Source of the DNA: Peribolospora baueri
Lineage: Eukaryota
Length of the DNA stretch: 64,000 bases
Reading direction: 5' to 3'
Assembly (NCBI GenBank): GCA_029717555.1
Contig: JAMDHS010000106.1
Location: forward strand, 1-64,000
Below the pieces are notes generated by a model. That model did not search any database. It was not told the origin of the DNA and saw only the letters and a program-made list of their open reading frames with translations. Numbering within the stretch: the stretch's first letter is position 1; each line of letters begins with the position of its first letter. This document shows, piece by piece, positions 61,174 through 64,000 of the stretch. The position numbers and the translations under genes are program-made.

Positions 61174-61580
61174 CGTGTCCGTGTGGGAGAGGGAGGCGGC
61201 GATGTCGAGATGTTAACGGGGCGGAGCGGAGAGAAAAAGAGAAGCTTGACGGACGCAACAGGAAGCAAGAAATAAAAAAAGAGGAGGCAAGAATGGAGGG
61301 TAAAGAAAAGGCGGACGAGGTGGGGACAGAAGATCAAGTGCGAGTGCCTTTGTGCCGCCGTTGAACACCGACCCAACGTCAGTGGAATCGACGGGCTGGC
61401 GTCGATGGCGTGCCGCAGTGGCACCTGCACGTGAGCATGTTCCATGGCCATCGTCTGGTCCGTGCGCTCCGCGTGGGAATTTGGGGTCAGCCGCAGTTTC
61501 TCCTCCAATACTGGATTAAGCAGCTCGTTCTCGTTTCGAATGCTGCATCTCTTCTGACCTAACGCCGACACAGCTTCAAA

Positions 61581-64000
61581 ATGGTTCGAGGAGCGCGGAA
61601 GTGGGACGCTCCGGATGATTTTATAGGTCTGGACGACAAGACGTCTGACTCTGGTCGGGAGGAGGAGGAGGAAGAGGAGGAGGAGAGCCAGGAAGAGGTG
61701 TTTAGCCTCGATGAGTATTCGTCTGGTTCGGACGGAGAGGAAGGCGAAGAAGACGAGGAAGACGAAGCTCTTGACCAGGAGGAATCGGCGCCTTCCGCCA
61801 ATGGGAAGAAGATGAAGAAGGGCGTCAAGTCAGCTTCTTCGGATGCGGGTTCGGACGGCTCAGAAGAGGAAGAGGAAGACGAGGGATGGGGCACGCGCAA
61901 GTCGGCGTACTACTCCGGCAATGCGATCGGCTCGGACGTGAGCGGGAGCGAGGATGAGGATGAGGCAAACGAGATGGAGGAGAGGGAGGCGAGGAGGTTG
62001 CAGGCCAAGGCGCGTTCAGGGATGACAGAGGAGGACTTTGGCTTGGGCAACGAACTCACCATGGAGGATGATAGCGCGGAGAGGAAAGAGAGGAGAGAGG
62101 AGGGAGGAGCTCACGACAACGACGTCATCGACCTGGTCGACTTTAGGGTGGATGAGGACCCGGTGAAGGACAGTGGCGAAGACGAGCTGGGCGGGGTGGA
62201 TCGCTTCAAAGGACAAACAACGATCGCCTTGGCCGGCGAGTACGCGGACATGGTGGAACAGCTGGAGCAGGTGGAAGAGAGCCTGAAGAAGCGTATGGCC
62301 GAGGACCCGGAACATTCGAGCCTGAGCTTGATGCATCTCCACCATCGTGAGTGCCACTTCCGTTTTCTATCTCTCCGTCGTGCGTGCTCGTCGGCTAGTA
62401 CGTGCAGATGCCTGTTGATCTTTTATAGACAGGATAGGATCACTGACCCATGGAATGGTTCTTCCTCGACATTGTACAGAAACCCTGTTAACCTATACCA
62501 CCACTCTGGCGTTCTACTTTCACCTCCGCTCCACACCTCGCTTCGCCTCCACTCTGTCCCTGCTCTCCTCTCACCCTATCATGAGCCGGCTGCTCCAGCT
62601 CAAGCTCTGCCTTTCCCAGATGGAGGACCTCGATCTCGCCGGCGCAAGCTCGCCGGAGAGCAGTTTAAGCGACGAGAGTGAGGCAGACGAGCTCGGTTGG
62701 GACGAAGATACGGACAGCCTCGGCCGGACCTCCCCCATCTCGGACCCAGAAGACGGCAAATACGAGCTTGCGGCGTCCGATGAGGACGAAGATGACGACG
62801 AGGAAGGACTGGACCCGGAGCTTCTCGGTCAGCTCGACAAGGGCGAGCTGGAGACTCTCCTCGCTGATGAAAAGGCGGGTTGGACGGAGGAGGACGCCTT
62901 GGCCGTCCGTGAAACCTGGCAGGCTCAGAGGGCGCTCATGGCGAAAGCGAGCGGGAAAAAGCGGAAGCGCGGGGCGGAGACGGCGGAGGACGAGGACGGC
63001 ACTGTGGAGACTGTGTCCTCGTCGACGTCGAAGCAGCAGAAGAAGAACAAGAAGAAGTCAGCAGAAAAGAAGCTTCTCGACTTGTCTTCCCTCGACTCTG
63101 AGCCCGCTCCTGACTTCGCTTCCTCGTCCCGAACGAAGTCGAAGAAGAGAATGACGGCGCACGCCGACGGTGAAGGGGTTGACGAGGACGCGGCTGCGTA
63201 CGGCGATCCTACGTCTTTGAGCGCCGCAGACGCGCAGGACAAATCGGCGCGACGGAAGAGCCTGCGGTTCTACACCTCCCAGATTGACTCCAAGGCTGCG
63301 AAGCGCGACGCGGCGAGGGCGGAGAGGCTCAACGGAGATATGGACATTCCGTATCGGGACAGGGAACGGTCCAGGATGGCGGTCATGCGGGCTCAGGAGG
63401 CGAAGGCTGCTAAGGAGAGGGAGAGGCGCGGGGGGAAGGACAAGAGCGCGGAGTTGGACGCGGAGGAGTGGGGAGAAGAGGACCGGAAGGCCGCTAGAAG
63501 CGTGCTCGGCGGGGGAGCGGAGGAGGACGACGACGCAGGTGGGGGCGATGACGGGTATTACGATCTTGTGAAGAGCACAAAGGCGAGGAGCAAGAAGAAG
63601 AAGAAGGAAGAGTACGAAGCTGCCGTCGAGGCACAGAGGTGCGTTTTCGAGTCCTTTGTGATGTCGAAGCTCCTTCACACTCGGCCACGGCTCGATCTGC
63701 CACGACTGCTCTATCTGACAACTGATCATCTTCTTGACCTTGCTTGCCCGTCCTCGTCCCCAGGACCACCAACGATCCTCTGCTGACCAGCGGCGAACAC
63801 CGGTCGATCAACCGAATGATTGAGAAGAACCGAGGCTTGACGCCGCGCCGTGCAAAGGAGGTGCGCAACCCACGGGTGAAGAAGCGGATGAGGTACGACA
63901 AGGCGAAGAAGAAGGTGGCCACCATGAGGCCGGTCTATAAGGGCGGGCAGTCGGCCTTGGAGGGAGGCTATGCGGGCGAGAAGAGCGGCATCAGCACAAA
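61581..64000 (+). CDS. SAS10: Sas10/Utp3 SSU processome protein; 3' end runs off the window
   Basis: Acidic N-terminus, [42 protein letters not shown] and the C-terminal Sas10 domain [11 protein letters not shown]...[14 protein letters not shown]...YAGEKSGI. Confidence 0.92.

Noticed and set aside
1..64000. Transposons, TPP riboswitch, U12-type introns and TGA-CTA readthrough signals
   Set aside because: By eye I found no transposase or RT motifs, no terminal repeats, no TPP aptamer core, no AT-AC or GTATCCT donors, and no TGA CTA at the stops I checked. A tool-based scan could still find degenerate cases.

Overview
This is an intron-rich, GC-rich fungal genomic window, most likely from a basidiomycete. 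It holds about 18 protein-coding genes and one intron-containing tRNA-Ala(CGC). Housekeeping genes: Mis12/Mtw1 (partial), aspartate kinase, Nta1-type amidase, GPN2, Cdc1/MPPE1, TAF5, ATG18 and Sas10/Utp3 (partial). Accessory genes: a secreted GH1 split by about 23 introns, an NCS1 permease transcribed divergently from a hydantoinase-A/oxoprolinase + DUF917 fusion, a stand-alone lysyl-hydroxylase-like 2OG-Fe(II) dioxygenase, two tandem SVOP-like MFS paralogues, an intronless GH128 and several proteins of unknown function. The best candidate for an undescribed system is the NCS1 + HyuA-DUF917 pair, which shares a GATA-rich bidirectional promoter. Other notable items are a 4-nt near-intron pair (possible intron sliding onto a GC donor) between the MFS paralogues, a 7-nt microexon, and a three-hairpin region around a telomere-template-like CUAACCCUA between GPN2 and CDC1. 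Gene models were spliced by eye and family calls come from recognised motifs; no database search was run.
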